Part shown: piece after piece, positions 1 through 10,009 of the stretch
Position numbering within the stretch: position 1 is the first letter of the stretch
Layout: every line of letters starts with the position of its first letter
Origin: Candidatus Woesearchaeota archaeon
GTDB taxonomy: Archaea; Nanobdellota; Nanobdellia; SCGC-AAA011-G17; JAFCDX01
Assembly (NCBI GenBank): GCA_018302265.1
Contig: JAGVZV010000008.1
Location: 1 to 35,886 of the forward strand
DNA: 35,886 bases
Direction of reading: 5' to 3'
The notes under the pieces: model-generated
What the model was told of the DNA's origin: nothing
Seen by the model: only the letters and a program-made list of their open reading frames with translations
Databases searched by the model: none
Program-made: the position numbers and the translations under genes

Positions 1-2
1 CA

Positions 3-122
3 ATTGAAGAATGGAAAGGTGATGACGCACATCTAGAAATTGAGGTTAATGGGAATGGAATTGGGTATGCAACTATATTCAGATTCTGTTATACAGACGA
101 AAATGGGATTTGTTTGATATGA
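3..122 (+). CDS. 3' end of an ORF entering from the left edge (product unknown)
   Basis: The frame is open from the window edge (...IEEWKGDDAHLEIEVNGNGIGYATIFRFCYTDENGICLI*). Its TGA at 120-122 overlaps the ATG at 119-121 of the next gene (ATGA overlap). Confidence 0.3.
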   Translation: MEEWKGDDAHLEIEVNGNGIGYATIFRFCYTDENGICLI

Positions 123-1867
123 AAAAATATATAAATGATAAATCCGTTAAAAAACTAATGAAAAAGAGGATTTATGATAGTAGTATAACTAAAACATTAG
201 TAATACTAATAGCCTTATTCGCACTATTTTTTATTTCTGCTGGTTGTGGAGAGCTTAGTTTTTCAGCAGGACCTTCTTACCCCAAATGCTGCGTTATTAA
301 TGGTCCAAGCAACCCTATTGGTTGCGTCCAGGGTTCAGTAGTAGACAATAGTGCATCTACATGCACGGATTATTTTTATCAATACGGAAATATAGAATTT
401 ATAGAAGGAAATTGCAATGACCTTCCTGAATGTTCTGGATTGCAAAACTGCGTTGGTGTTTATAATGAAAATGAAGTGAATAATCCTTATTTTTTATCAA
501 ATCAGGAATATAGTTGTGGCATTTATGGAACAGGTACAGAAGGTAATTTGTATCAGTGCATCAATGGGGTTGTAAATAATATACAAGATTGTTTTGCTTC
601 TGGAAAAACTTGTGATAATACAACCAACTCATGTATTTCTACAGGTCCTTTATGTGAGCCTGCTGGAGGATATAACTGTGTAGGAGATGTGTCTAATGCT
701 TGTGATCCATATATAGGATGGATTGTAGTTGAAGATTGCTCAATAACTGGAAAAGTTTGTGATGTAACAACAGGGCAGTGTATAGCAGCGATGCCTCCTA
801 CTCTTAGAGTTGAAGATGTATCCACTGGAACAGGTCATAGTTGCGCACTTTTATCCAATGATAAAGTTAAATGTTGGGGTAGAAATAGTTACGGACAGTT
901 GGGTGATGGGAGTACAACTAATAATTATGTTCCAATTTACACATTGATTGATAATGTAACTCAAATAAATGCGGGAAGTGTACATACTTGTGCTGTTTTG
1001 GGTGATGGAAGTGCAAAATGTTGGGGGAATAATGTTAATGGTAAATTGGGTGATGGAAGTGCAACAAATAGCCCTACTCCAGTTCTAGTTTCTGGTATTA
1101 ATAATGCGATAAAAATAGATGCTGGTATATCTCATAGTTGTGTTGTATTAAATGATAGTCGTGTTAAATGCTGGGGTGTAAATACATATGGCCAGTTGGG
1201 TGATGGGAGTACAACAAATAGACCTACTCCAGTTCTAGTTTCTGGTATTAATAATGCGATGGATATAAGTGTAAGCGGATCAAGTACCTGTGCCCTTTTG
1301 AATGATAGTACAGTTAAATGTTGGGGTAGTAATGGATATGGACAGTTGGGTGATGGAAGTGCAACAAATAGCCCTACTCCAGTTCTAGTTTCTGGTATTA
1401 ATAATGCGATAAAAGTTAGTACTGGAAGAAGGACTACATGCGCTGTTTTGAGTGATGGTAGTGCTAAGTGCTGGGGTGGTAATGGGAGAGGAGAAATAGG
1501 AGATGGTACTACAACAAATAGACCTACTCCAGTTCTAGTTTCTGGTATTAATAATTCTGTGAGTCTAAGTTCTAGTCTTGGTCTAGATAATGATTGGGGT
1601 CATACTTGTGCTGTTTTGAGTGATGGTAGTGCTAAGTGCTGGGGTGATAATGGATATGGTATGCTTGGGGATGGAACAACAGTAGAGAGCCATATTCCTG
1701 TTAATGTAATCGATGTTAATAATGTTATAAATATAAGTGCAACTGCGGCAGACCACACTTGCGCGGTTTTGGGTGGCAGTGTTAAATGTTGGGGTAGAAA
1801 TAGTTACGGACAGTTGGGTGATGGGAGTACAACTAATAGTTATACTCCTGTTGATGTTTTAATATAA
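119..1867 (+). CDS. Membrane-anchored or secreted RCC1-repeat (beta-propeller) protein with a Cys-rich N-terminal region
   Basis: Repeated RCC1 blade signature (HTCAVL.DGS.KCWG.N.YGQLGDGST.N...P) at least 7 times. N-terminal hydrophobic segment TLVILIALFALFFISAGCG. Cys-rich stretch at about aa 50-230. The ORF track starts at TTG 110; ATG 119 is preferred. Confidence 0.85.
   Translation: MKKYINDKSVKKLMKKRIYDSSITKTLVILIALFALFFISAGCGELSFSAGPSYPKCCVINGPSNPIGCVQGSVVDNSASTCTDYFYQYGNIEFIEGNCNDLPECSGLQNCVGVYNENEVNNPYFLSNQEYSCGIYGTGTEGNLYQCINGVVNNIQDCFASGKTCDNTTNSCISTGPLCEPAGGYNCVGDVSNACDPYIGWIVVEDCSITGKVCDVTTGQCIAAMPPTLRVEDVSTGTGHSCALLSNDKVKCWGRNSYGQLGDGSTTNNYVPIYTLIDNVTQINAGSVHTCAVLGDGSAKCWGNNVNGKLGDGSATNSPTPVLVSGINNAIKIDAGISHSCVVLNDSRVKCWGVNTYGQLGDGSTTNRPTPVLVSGINNAMDISVSGSSTCALLNDSTVKCWGSNGYGQLGDGSATNSPTPVLVSGINNAIKVSTGRRTTCAVLSDGSAKCWGGNGRGEIGDGTTTNRPTPVLVSGINNSVSLSSSLGLDNDWGHTCAVLSDGSAKCWGDNGYGMLGDGTTVESHIPVNVIDVNNVINISATAADHTCAVLGGSVKCWGRNSYGQLGDGSTTNSYTPVDVLI
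1046..1555 (+). repeat. Intragenic 150-nt (one blade) / 300-nt (two blade) DNA periodicity inside the RCC1 gene
   Basis: A 69-nt block at 1046-1114 is identical to 1346-1414. A 45-nt block at 1211-1255 is identical to 1511-1555. The core CCAGTTCTAGTTTCTGGTATTAATAAT recurs at 1079, 1229, 1379 and 1529. About 58 nt of the first and last blades are also identical (865-922 vs 1781-1838). Confidence 0.9.
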
Positions 1868-1870
1868 TTT

Positions 1871-3226
1871 TTATTTTCCACAATATCCACGATTTATATA
1901 AGAAGAAGAATTTGCGGGATTTGTAAGATTACAGGGGATTATATGCATTAGATTGTTACAAACATTGCCAACAAAAATATCATAAGTGTCCGCCTGAATT
2001 CCTGTTGCTTCTCTGACTGCCGTATCCAAATCGCATTTGATCTTTCCATTTGGAATTGGTAAAGTAGGTTTGTAGTTTCCAGAGTAATAAGTCTCTCTAA
2101 GTTTTGAAAAAAATAGTTTGATGTCTTGAATGTCAAATCCATAAGAAGTATACAGATCATTCAAAAGACCATAATCCCATACAGACATCCATGTTACCCT
2201 TGGCAAATCTCCGAATGAATTGATTTCAGTAAATCCACTATCATTAGATAATGCAACCCCAATTGGAAGTGCAAAGAGTTCCTGTAGATTTGTTGTCATA
2301 TGGCTTCTCAAGACAATATGATGAAGCTCGTGCATTTCTATTCCATTTGCTTCAATACTTTTAGAATTGTGATATTGCGAAGGGTTGATGCAAGATTTAG
2401 GATATGAAAGATCTATGCAGTTACTAGCATTTAAGACCCCTCCTTTTTGTATCCAATCATATAAGTAATCACATACAATCTTCCCATTAACTGTGTTTCC
2501 AAGATAAGTGTCCTGAAGTGTGCATACTGAATCGTGATTTAAATGAAATTCTATTTTATCAATTTCATCAAGAGGACCAATTCCCATTGTTGTAAAAGTT
2601 TTACTTGAAGCATTTTGTAATCCTTCTGCTCTTTTCTCCAAAATTTTATTATTGTCTAAGTAAACTCTTGGAGTGAATCCTGTTTGAGCCAGTAAAACTC
2701 CTGTTGTAACATTCTCTGCACCTTCCGCATCTGTGTAAATAATTGGAAATTCTTGTATATGATCGTAAAGATTGCAAACAATATCCCCAAGAGTATCAGT
2801 CCTGCAATACTCCCCTGGTTCTGTTGTTATATTAAATTTTTGATAATCATAATCCTCTCCATCTTCGCATCTTACAACAACATAATCAAAACCTACATCT
2901 TGATTGCTAACATGTATAGGCACACCCCATAATTCATTATCTTGAGTAATATCCAACCAAGATGGCGCTTCCACAAAAGTGCATGGAACGACTTTATTAA
3001 AAAGATTGTATGAATAGTCTTTATTAGTCTCTAATTTGTAAGAATAAGTCTTATTAACAACAGCATTACGTACAGGACTTGACAATATTTCTATTGGAAT
3101 TTCTTTTCTTTTAGAGCAATGAGGGTAGCACTCAACATCGTTACTTGGCTGTACCCCACATCCGATTCCTACAGCACCTGCTATTAAAATAGTACATAGT
3201 GTCTTTTTTAGGCTAGAAAATGCCAT
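1871..3226 (-). CDS. Secreted or lipoprotein-like protein with an HExxH (putative zinc metallopeptidase) motif
   Basis: N-terminal signal/lipobox-like LIAGAVGIGCG. MHELHHIV contains HExxH. No further family recognised by eye. Confidence 0.55.
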   Translation of the reverse strand: MAFSSLKKTLCTILIAGAVGIGCGVQPSNDVECYPHCSKRKEIPIEILSSPVRNAVVNKTYSYKLETNKDYSYNLFNKVVPCTFVEAPSWLDITQDNELWGVPIHVSNQDVGFDYVVVRCEDGEDYDYQKFNITTEPGEYCRTDTLGDIVCNLYDHIQEFPIIYTDAEGAENVTTGVLLAQTGFTPRVYLDNNKILEKRAEGLQNASSKTFTTMGIGPLDEIDKIEFHLNHDSVCTLQDTYLGNTVNGKIVCDYLYDWIQKGGVLNASNCIDLSYPKSCINPSQYHNSKSIEANGIEMHELHHIVLRSHMTTNLQELFALPIGVALSNDSGFTEINSFGDLPRVTWMSVWDYGLLNDLYTSYGFDIQDIKLFFSKLRETYYSGNYKPTLPIPNGKIKCDLDTAVREATGIQADTYDIFVGNVCNNLMHIIPCNLTNPANSSSYINRGYCGK

Positions 3227-3369
3227 TTTTTCACTACCTGATTATAGTGAAATTTATTTATAAACCTTTCTAATCGACAAAAAACTCTATAAAATGAGTT
3301 TAAATGGAATCCATTTATTAAATTGAAAAGTTTTATAAGCAAGTTATAGGTTAATCTGAACACAAAAAA

Positions 3370-3984
3370 ATGAATTTCGTTCCAAAAGAAGTTTTTTTTA
3401 CTAAAGGGGTAGGAAAGCACAAAAATAAACTGCAATCCTTCGAGGAAGCATTGAGAGATGCAGGTATAGAAAAGTGTAATTTAGTAACAGTTTCTAGCAT
3501 TTTTCCGCCAAAGTGCAAGATGATTTCAAGAGAGGAGGGATTAAAAAAATTAAATGCAGGACAGATTACTTTTTGTGTAATGGCAAGAAACGAAACTAAT
3601 GAACCAAACAGGCTAATTTCTTCTGCGATAGGATTAGCAATTCCATCAGAAAGAGAGGAACAGTACGGATATTTATCAGAACATCATGGATTCGGTGAAA
3701 CTGGAGAGAAAACAGGGGATTATGCTGAAGATCTTGCAGCAACGATGCTAGCGACCACTCTAGGTGTAGAATTCAACGCTGACACCTCTTGGGATGAAAG
3801 AGAGCAGGCTTATAAGTCCAGTGGGAAGATTTTTAAAACCAAGAGTACATGCCAATCTGCTGAGGGTGATAAAGAAGGGAAGTGGACAACAGTTATTGCA
3901 GTTGCTGTTTTTATAATGGATGAAAATGGAACCAATCAAACCAATCAAAATAACCAAGGAAATGAAAGTAAAGGATCTAGTTAA
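3370..3984 (+). CDS. pdaD: Pyruvoyl-dependent arginine decarboxylase
   Basis: [47 protein letters not shown] is the typical PvlArgDC N-terminus, including the self-processing Ser-Ser region. Low-complexity N/Q-rich tail. Confidence 0.9.
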   Translation: MNFVPKEVFFTKGVGKHKNKLQSFEEALRDAGIEKCNLVTVSSIFPPKCKMISREEGLKKLNAGQITFCVMARNETNEPNRLISSAIGLAIPSEREEQYGYLSEHHGFGETGEKTGDYAEDLAATMLATTLGVEFNADTSWDEREQAYKSSGKIFKTKSTCQSAEGDKEGKWTTVIAVAVFIMDENGTNQTNQNNQGNESKGSS

Positions 3985-4828
3985 TTCTATGTCTGATTGC
4001 GGTTTTAATGCTAATAAAATCTCAAAGGCTATTGAAATTCTAAAAGAGGTAAAAAAAGAAGATTGTAAATTATTCTTTGGTCTGGCTGGGGCAATGGTGC
4101 CTGCAGGTATGAAAAATATTATTGTTGACATGATCAATAAAAATTTAATCAGTGTTTTTGTTACAACTGGAGCAAATATAACCCATGATCTGATTGAAGC
4201 ATTAGGAAATAAGCATTACAAGGGAAATGCAAATATTAATGACGCTGAATTGCATAAGAAAAAGATTGACAGGATTTATGATGTTTTCATGGAATCTAAA
4301 GTCTATCAGGATTTAGAGGATTTCTTCAATAAGAATTTTGACGCACTAAAAGATAAAACAACAATAAAAGAATTTTTATGGGGGATTGGTAAATTAATCA
4401 ATAAAGAGGATTCTATACTGACTGCTTGCTATAAGAAAAAAATACCCATATTCTGCCCTGCTTTAAGCGATTCAGGGATAGGATTGATGATATGGAATAA
4501 TCTAGTTAAAAATAAAAAAATAAATTTTAGTGAGTTTGAGGATCTAAAAGAGATGCTTGACATTGCATGGACAGAAAAGAAAAAAGCTGTTTTTTACGTA
4601 GGTGGCGGTGTTCCAAAAAATTATATACAGCAGGCGATGCAGTTTTCAACTCCAGCATTATATGGAATACAGATAACAACAGATAATGCTTCATTTGGTG
4701 GAAGTTCTGGAGCTCCATTGAAAGAAGGGATTTCATGGGGCAAAATGAGCGAGAAGGGAAAATTTGTTAATATTTATTGCGATGCAACTATTGCATTGCC
4801 TTTAATATATGCAGGATTTAAAGAATAA
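3920..4828 (+). CDS. dys: Deoxyhypusine synthase
   Basis: Motifs [32 protein letters not shown] and the EGISWGK catalytic-Lys region. The 65-nt overlap with pdaD suggests a later true start (e.g. ATG 3962). Confidence 0.9.
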   Translation: MKMEPIKPIKITKEMKVKDLVNSMSDCGFNANKISKAIEILKEVKKEDCKLFFGLAGAMVPAGMKNIIVDMINKNLISVFVTTGANITHDLIEALGNKHYKGNANINDAELHKKKIDRIYDVFMESKVYQDLEDFFNKNFDALKDKTTIKEFLWGIGKLINKEDSILTACYKKKIPIFCPALSDSGIGLMIWNNLVKNKKINFSEFEDLKEMLDIAWTEKKKAVFYVGGGVPKNYIQQAMQFSTPALYGIQITTDNASFGGSSGAPLKEGISWGKMSEKGKFVNIYCDATIALPLIYAGFKE

Positions 4829-5153
4829 TTACCTTACATAGGTGATATCTAGAATAATTCCTTAAATTAAAATCAATATCCCCATCTTCATCAATCTCTT
4901 GTAAGCCATCTAACCTCCCAAAACACAAAAAATCACCTCCTTTTTTTATTTTAGGTATAAGAAATCTTTCTAGACCGGAAACCTGCTCAACCCAACCCCC
5001 GTTTATTCTTATATCCCCATCCATTTTAAGAACATCGTGTTCTTTAAGATCCAAATAACCAATTATTTTATATCTTAAGATTCCATCTTTAATGAAATAC
5101 TCATCATCCACCACTTTATGCTCTTCTTTTCCGTCTAAAGAAACCAATTTCAT
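4818..5153 (-). CDS. Hypothetical protein
   Basis: 111-aa ORF convergent with dys. No motif recognised. Confidence 0.4.
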   Translation of the reverse strand: MKLVSLDGKEEHKVVDDEYFIKDGILRYKIIGYLDLKEHDVLKMDGDIRINGGWVEQVSGLERFLIPKIKKGGDFLCFGRLDGLQEIDEDGDIDFNLRNYSRYHLCKVIIL

Positions 5154-5362
5154 TTTTTAATGAAAAATAACCGGGTTTTTATTCTTTGTTGTAATCCATT
5201 ATGGGTATTAGAATTGTTGTTTTAATCAGACATAATAATACTCACCTTTATTCCTCTGTTCTCTATCTAATTGTGATCTGGGCTTGTTTATTCTTGGCCT
5301 GTTTGTTTCTTTATCTTTTCTAAATTAGTAAAATTTACATAGTCTAATGTATTATTACAAAC

Positions 5363-6967
5363 ATGAGATATTACGAAGACCCTTTATTAAATTCTAAAAG
5401 ATATACCTTATATGATGGGGTTCTGAATCTATATTCTGCTCTGTTGAATAAAAAAGATTTTGAATCTGATAGAATACTTAATAATTTTCCTTATGTAGTT
5501 ATAGACAATATAGAATTGAATCAACAACTTATAGACTCATTAAAAAAGTATATTGGATGTAATATTAGTAAGGGAGCAATAAAAGGATGGGTATTAAATA
5601 GCAAATTTCCTTTGCCTCTTTTAAGAGTCATTTCTTTAAAGGCACCTAACCCAGAAAAAATTCTTTCTAATTTAATTAAAAGTATAAAATCAGTTACAAG
5701 TAATTTTGGAAATACTATAAAATTGTCTATTAAATATTCTGATTTGTTAATGAATAAACATATTTATTTCCACGGTTATTTATTAGGTGATGGTTGCATA
5801 TCTGATGACCTAATTAAATTAGCTGATGGACATCAAGATAAGTCTAAGATTCATTATTCAAAGCAACATATTGGTATGTTTAAAAAATATCTTAAGATAT
5901 GTTATAATTTGAATTCTAAAATTAAGCGAGTTGGTAATTGTTATCATCTAATAGCTTCAAGAAATAAATTTTTATCTAGGTATATTAAATTTTTTTATGG
6001 TTATGATAAAGACAAAGAAATAATTAGAGTTCCAGATATTATTAAAGATGATAGAGAAAAAATAAAGATATTTTTAAGAGGATTTTTTGATGCCGATGCA
6101 GGAATTAGTGAATTGTATAATTCAGTTATTTTAAAATCCAAGGATCACAATTTTTTAAAGTTTTGTAAGCTTTTTTTGGAAAAAGAAGGATTATTTTTGG
6201 ATAATGTTAAATTTGACTCTACTGGCGTATCATACATTACTATAAAATCTACAGAGTTTTTAAAATATGCGTATACAATTGGTTTTAATCATTCTCGCAA
6301 AAAAGAAATTTTATTGAATAGACTTAAGAAAAATTGTCCATTAAATGTATTTCGTGGGGTAAGAAAAAAATATTTGATAGATAGTTTGTATTTTGATTTT
6401 ACTATAATTCCAGATATGAGATTAACAGGACTACAAGATTTTTTTAAGAATATGAGATGTGATATTGGCACCCAAGAGGAAGTTTCTAAACTATTAAAAA
6501 TTCCCAGGAGATATGTAGGAAAATATGAAAATGGATTGTACTCTATTCCGATTGATATTTTTCTAAATTTAATCCAGATTAAAAATAAAATAAGGCTAGC
6601 AGATATATTTTCTAAAAATGACGTTAAATTTTGTATAAGCAAAAATAAAGGAGCTATAAAATTGCCATTATCAATAAATGATATAAATTTTGATATTTTA
6701 AAATATATGGCACCTACTCAGCATAAGATAATTATAAAGCGTTATGGTATTATTAATATAACTAATAAAATAAACAAAGAAATACTCTTTAAAAGAATAG
6801 AAGATTTCTTTGGTGTTAAAATTGTTAAAGATTCAGACTCTCACGTTATATTTAACACTACATTGGCTAGATTTTTGAATACATTTTTTGTATATGAATC
6901 TGCTTGGAAAGGGTTAAATGATAAAGAAAGAATTGATTTAGATAGAAAATTACAAATTCAGATGTAA
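5363..6967 (+). CDS. Free-standing double-motif LAGLIDADG homing-endonuclease-like protein with a C-terminal HTH
   Basis: Two LAGLIDADG motifs (HGYLLGDGCI and LRGFFDADAGI) about 100 aa apart. An XRE-like HTH (GTQEEVSKLLKIPRRYVGKYENGLYSIP) lies downstream. Not embedded in an intron or intein. Confidence 0.7.
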   Translation: MRYYEDPLLNSKRYTLYDGVLNLYSALLNKKDFESDRILNNFPYVVIDNIELNQQLIDSLKKYIGCNISKGAIKGWVLNSKFPLPLLRVISLKAPNPEKILSNLIKSIKSVTSNFGNTIKLSIKYSDLLMNKHIYFHGYLLGDGCISDDLIKLADGHQDKSKIHYSKQHIGMFKKYLKICYNLNSKIKRVGNCYHLIASRNKFLSRYIKFFYGYDKDKEIIRVPDIIKDDREKIKIFLRGFFDADAGISELYNSVILKSKDHNFLKFCKLFLEKEGLFLDNVKFDSTGVSYITIKSTEFLKYAYTIGFNHSRKKEILLNRLKKNCPLNVFRGVRKKYLIDSLYFDFTIIPDMRLTGLQDFFKNMRCDIGTQEEVSKLLKIPRRYVGKYENGLYSIPIDIFLNLIQIKNKIRLADIFSKNDVKFCISKNKGAIKLPLSINDINFDILKYMAPTQHKIIIKRYGIINITNKINKEILFKRIEDFFGVKIVKDSDSHVIFNTTLARFLNTFFVYESAWKGLNDKERIDLDRKLQIQM

Positions 6968-8724
6968 AAATATTTGCCTTCCTTCTTTTGAATTCTATCT
7001 AATTGACTGTCTGTTTTATTTACTCTTCTTCTACCACTTTCACGATCAATTCTATATGTAATATCAAGCATCTTTAGAGCAGCATTCATTCCCTCTTTTT
7101 TATTTAATACAGAACTGACATTTCCTTTTATTCCAGGAATTCCCTCAAAAATAAGCATTGTATCAGCCAGATGATCGATGAATTGGATATCATGATCAAC
7201 TACTATAGCTGAAATTTCTTTCCTGGAAACAAATTCTTTTATTACCTCAGCAACATTTAATCTGTCTTCAACATCTATAAAAGCGCTTGGTTCGTCCATT
7301 AAAACCAATTGGGTATCCCCTGATAGATTAGCAGCAATATGCACTTTCTGCAATTCACCGCCAGACAAATCTTTTAGAGTATTATTCAAAATTGATTGTA
7401 TATTCAACTTTTCAAGGATATTCTGCTTGTACCAACCCGAAGAAAACTCAGAACCTGCCTTTTCTTTTAAGAAGTCAATTACTTTTTTGTCAGGATTATC
7501 CAAAACCTGTTTTTTATATGAGATATTTTTTATTTTTATTTCATTTTTATCTGATTCCAGATTACCTGAAACTAAATTAAGGAAAGTAGTTTTTCCAAGA
7601 CCGTTAGCACCGATTATGCACAAGACTTCTCCCTTATGCAGTTTTAAAGGACTGACGTTTAATGAAAAAGAATCAAATTTCTTTCCCAGTTCAGGAATTT
7701 CATATAAAACCTCGTTGCTGTATGTTCTTATTAAGTTAGAATCGGCAAACTTTATCGGATAATCTCTGAATCTTATGTTCTCTGAATCTAAAAATCCAGA
7801 TAAGTACTCGTTAATCCCACGCCTGACTGATTTTGACTGGGAAAATATACCATAACAAGTAGGCTCACCATAAACAATCTGTATTTCATCAGATATGTAA
7901 TCCAAAGTTGCAAGATCGTGCTCTATAACAACAACCCCTGCATTTTCATTCTCAACTATATCACGGATAACCTTTGCTATTTTGATTCTGTACGTAATAT
8001 CCAAAAAAGAGCTTGGCTCATCAAAATAATAAAAATCAGCTTTACGGATAGCTGCAGCGATTATAGCTACTCTTTGTAACTCACCACCGGATAGATGGAC
8101 AAAGTCTCGATCTTTTATACTTTCTATATCCAATTCCTTCATTAATTTATCCAGAATTTTACGCTCGTCAATTTTTTTAAGTAAGTCTATTACTTTTCCT
8201 TTATATAATTCCGGCAACAGCTCTATTCTTTGTGGTTTGTACGATAATTTTATTTTATTGTCAAGCAATTTAGTAAAATAATCGGCTATCCAATTTGTAG
8301 AATACCTTTGTATTATTTCTCTGTCTTGGGGAGGATTTTTATAATCCCCTAAATTGGGTTTTAAATTTCCAGCAAGTATAGAAAGTGCAGTTGATTTACC
8401 AATGCCATTCCTTCCTATGACACCAACTACTGTTTTCTTCTTTACAATGGGCAGTGAAAACAATTCAAATGAATTTTCTCCGTATCTATGAATAGGATCC
8501 TCTTTTAACTGCTCGGGCAGATTTAATACAGAAATTGCTGAATACGGACATTTATGGACACAAATCCCACAACCCGTGCATAGAATTTCATCTATTCTTG
8601 CCTTATCATTGATGTTTATAATGCAATTCTTTTCTTCTCTGTTGATAGGGCACACACTGGCGCAAAGGAAGTTACAGTTCTTCATAAAGCATTTCTCTTT
8701 CCTTACAATGGCTATTCTAGTCAT
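6958..8724 (-). CDS. abce1: ABCE1 / RNase L inhibitor-type ribosome recycling ATPase
   Basis: N-terminal Fe-S Cys clusters (CASVCP..., CTGCGICVHKCP). Two ABC cassettes (Walker A GRNGIGKST and GANGLGKTT; signature LSGGELQ twice). Confidence 0.95.
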   Translation of the reverse strand: MTRIAIVRKEKCFMKNCNFLCASVCPINREEKNCIININDKARIDEILCTGCGICVHKCPYSAISVLNLPEQLKEDPIHRYGENSFELFSLPIVKKKTVVGVIGRNGIGKSTALSILAGNLKPNLGDYKNPPQDREIIQRYSTNWIADYFTKLLDNKIKLSYKPQRIELLPELYKGKVIDLLKKIDERKILDKLMKELDIESIKDRDFVHLSGGELQRVAIIAAAIRKADFYYFDEPSSFLDITYRIKIAKVIRDIVENENAGVVVIEHDLATLDYISDEIQIVYGEPTCYGIFSQSKSVRRGINEYLSGFLDSENIRFRDYPIKFADSNLIRTYSNEVLYEIPELGKKFDSFSLNVSPLKLHKGEVLCIIGANGLGKTTFLNLVSGNLESDKNEIKIKNISYKKQVLDNPDKKVIDFLKEKAGSEFSSGWYKQNILEKLNIQSILNNTLKDLSGGELQKVHIAANLSGDTQLVLMDEPSAFIDVEDRLNVAEVIKEFVSRKEISAIVVDHDIQFIDHLADTMLIFEGIPGIKGNVSSVLNKKEGMNAALKMLDITYRIDRESGRRRVNKTDSQLDRIQKKEGKYFYI

Positions 8725-8775
8725 TTTAAATTCCTGAACAATAATGTTTAAATACGTTTTTATTAATGGTCTTAC

Positions 8776-8904
8776 ATGGTAAAATGCTCAAAATGCGGTA
8801 AAAACATAGATATAGTGTTTCTTGAGAAGATTAGAGGAACTTATACTGGAAAAGGCAACAGAAAGAAAGCTATATGCTCAGAATGCCAGAAAACGCCACA
8901 GTAG
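8776..8904 (+). CDS. Possible 42-aa zinc-ribbon protein
   Basis: MVKCSKCGKNIDIVFLEKIRGTYTGKGNRKKAICSECQKTPQ* has a CxxC...CxxC pattern. It is below the ORF-track size cutoff. Its last 10 nt overlap the tRNA-Thr 5' end, so it may be spurious. Confidence 0.3.
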   Translation: MVKCSKCGKNIDIVFLEKIRGTYTGKGNRKKAICSECQKTPQ

Positions 8905-8979
8905 TTCAGTCTGGTAGAATATCTGCTTCGTATGCATAGAAAAAGCAGAAAGTCGCAGGTTCAAATCCTGCCTGTGGCT
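8895..8979 (+). tRNA. tRNA-Thr(CGU) with an 11-nt intron at the canonical 37/38 position
   Basis: Cloverleaf by hand: acceptor GCCACAG/CTGTGGC, D arm GTTC-AGTCTGGTA-GAAT, anticodon stem TCTGC/GCAGA, T arm GCAGG-TTCAAAT-CCTGC, discriminator T. The loop reads TT-CGT-A followed by TGCATAGAAAA. The BHB-like motif is relaxed (3-bp central helix), so anticodon identity is less certain. Confidence 0.7.
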
Positions 8980-9386
8980 TTTAATTTGTCAATATTATCA
9001 ACAGAAATCCAGGCGCACATATTTCCATAACCTTTTTTGTCGATAGAGAATGGTTTTATTACTTCTACACCTTTCAAAAATATCAAAGTGCAATACTTCT
9101 TATACATTAATTCTGAAGCGTCATTATTGCTGATACAAATCTGTTTTCCATATTTTCTGATTATTTCTTCTATTTTGTTTTTATCGAGATTGTCAAAAAA
9201 CATTACATCACTAATGCCAGACTTAACGCCAACTTGTTTCCCTGTTTCCTTAAAGTAGATTGTATCCTTTTTGTTTATTGCCATAAATGGCGCTTTTTTA
9301 TGTTTGTACCATCTGGATTCAATTGTCTTTTCACCAGATAGAATTTTTCCTAACCAACCATTTTTGACAATAGCTAAATGCTCCAT
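8961..9386 (-). CDS. ASCH (PUA-like) domain protein
   Basis: The N-terminus MEHLAIVKNGWLGKILSGEKTIESRWYKHKKAPF is typical of ASCH domains. The 3' end overlaps tRNA-Thr on the other strand by about 19 nt. Confidence 0.65.
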   Translation of the reverse strand: MEHLAIVKNGWLGKILSGEKTIESRWYKHKKAPFMAINKKDTIYFKETGKQVGVKSGISDVMFFDNLDKNKIEEIIRKYGKQICISNNDASELMYKKYCTLIFLKGVEVIKPFSIDKKGYGNMCAWISVDNIDKLKATGRI

Positions 9387-9387
9387 A

Positions 9388-9939
9388 CTAGATAAAAAGA
9401 AGCTTAAGCATTTTTAATATTAACTGTTCTATTATTTTTACTTTAATCTGTATCTTTTCTAGTACAGAATCCAGACTAGTTACTCTGGAACTTAAATCTA
9501 AACCCAGCACAATCTCTAATTCTGGGCTATATAAATTTTCATAGGACTCTATAGAAAATCCAAGCTTTTGCAGTGGTTTTATTACTTCGTTATCTGTATG
9601 AGCATCTACTACTATTTTCTTAAATCCATTTTGCCTTGCATAGTATATTGCTTCTTTTAAGAGCGTAGAAAAAACTTTTTTTCTTTGGTATTCTTCAATA
9701 ACCCTGACATTTTTTAATTCTAAAAGCAAGGGGTCCTGCTTGTGGGGTTGGAATATAAGACTAGCAATTATCTTACCATTTAATTCACATACATATGCTT
9801 TTTTATAGCCTAATTCTAATTCACACTTACATTTTTTTAACCATTCAGAATAGTTTGGATAGTTTAATGGATATTTTTTAATAAATTGGTATAATTCGTT
9901 TATCTCTTCAGGATCTGTAATTAACTTGATCTTACTCAT
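9388..9939 (-). CDS. GNAT-family N-acetyltransferase
   Basis: An acetyl-CoA-binding-type segment (VIEEYQRKKVFSTLLKEAIYYARQNGFKKIVV) in a protein of typical GNAT size. Adjacent to the ASCH gene with a 1-nt gap. Confidence 0.7.
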   Translation of the reverse strand: MSKIKLITDPEEINELYQFIKKYPLNYPNYSEWLKKCKCELELGYKKAYVCELNGKIIASLIFQPHKQDPLLLELKNVRVIEEYQRKKVFSTLLKEAIYYARQNGFKKIVVDAHTDNEVIKPLQKLGFSIESYENLYSPELEIVLGLDLSSRVTSLDSVLEKIQIKVKIIEQLILKMLKLLFI

Positions 9940-10009
9940 TCACCTATAATTTAAAACAAATTTAAAAAGATTTAGATATTTTTATATAGTATAACAAAAA
10001 GTAGGATTT

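Noticed and set aside
1046-1555. Regularly spaced 150-nt repeats as a possible CRISPR-like array
   Set aside because: The repeats are in frame within a long ORF and encode RCC1 blades. The would-be spacers are homologous to each other as well.
3920-3984. 65-nt pdaD/dys overlap as a fusion or programmed frameshift
   Set aside because: Both proteins are complete in their own frames. Internal ATGs (e.g. 3962) give a normal dys start. The pdaD tail is low-complexity.
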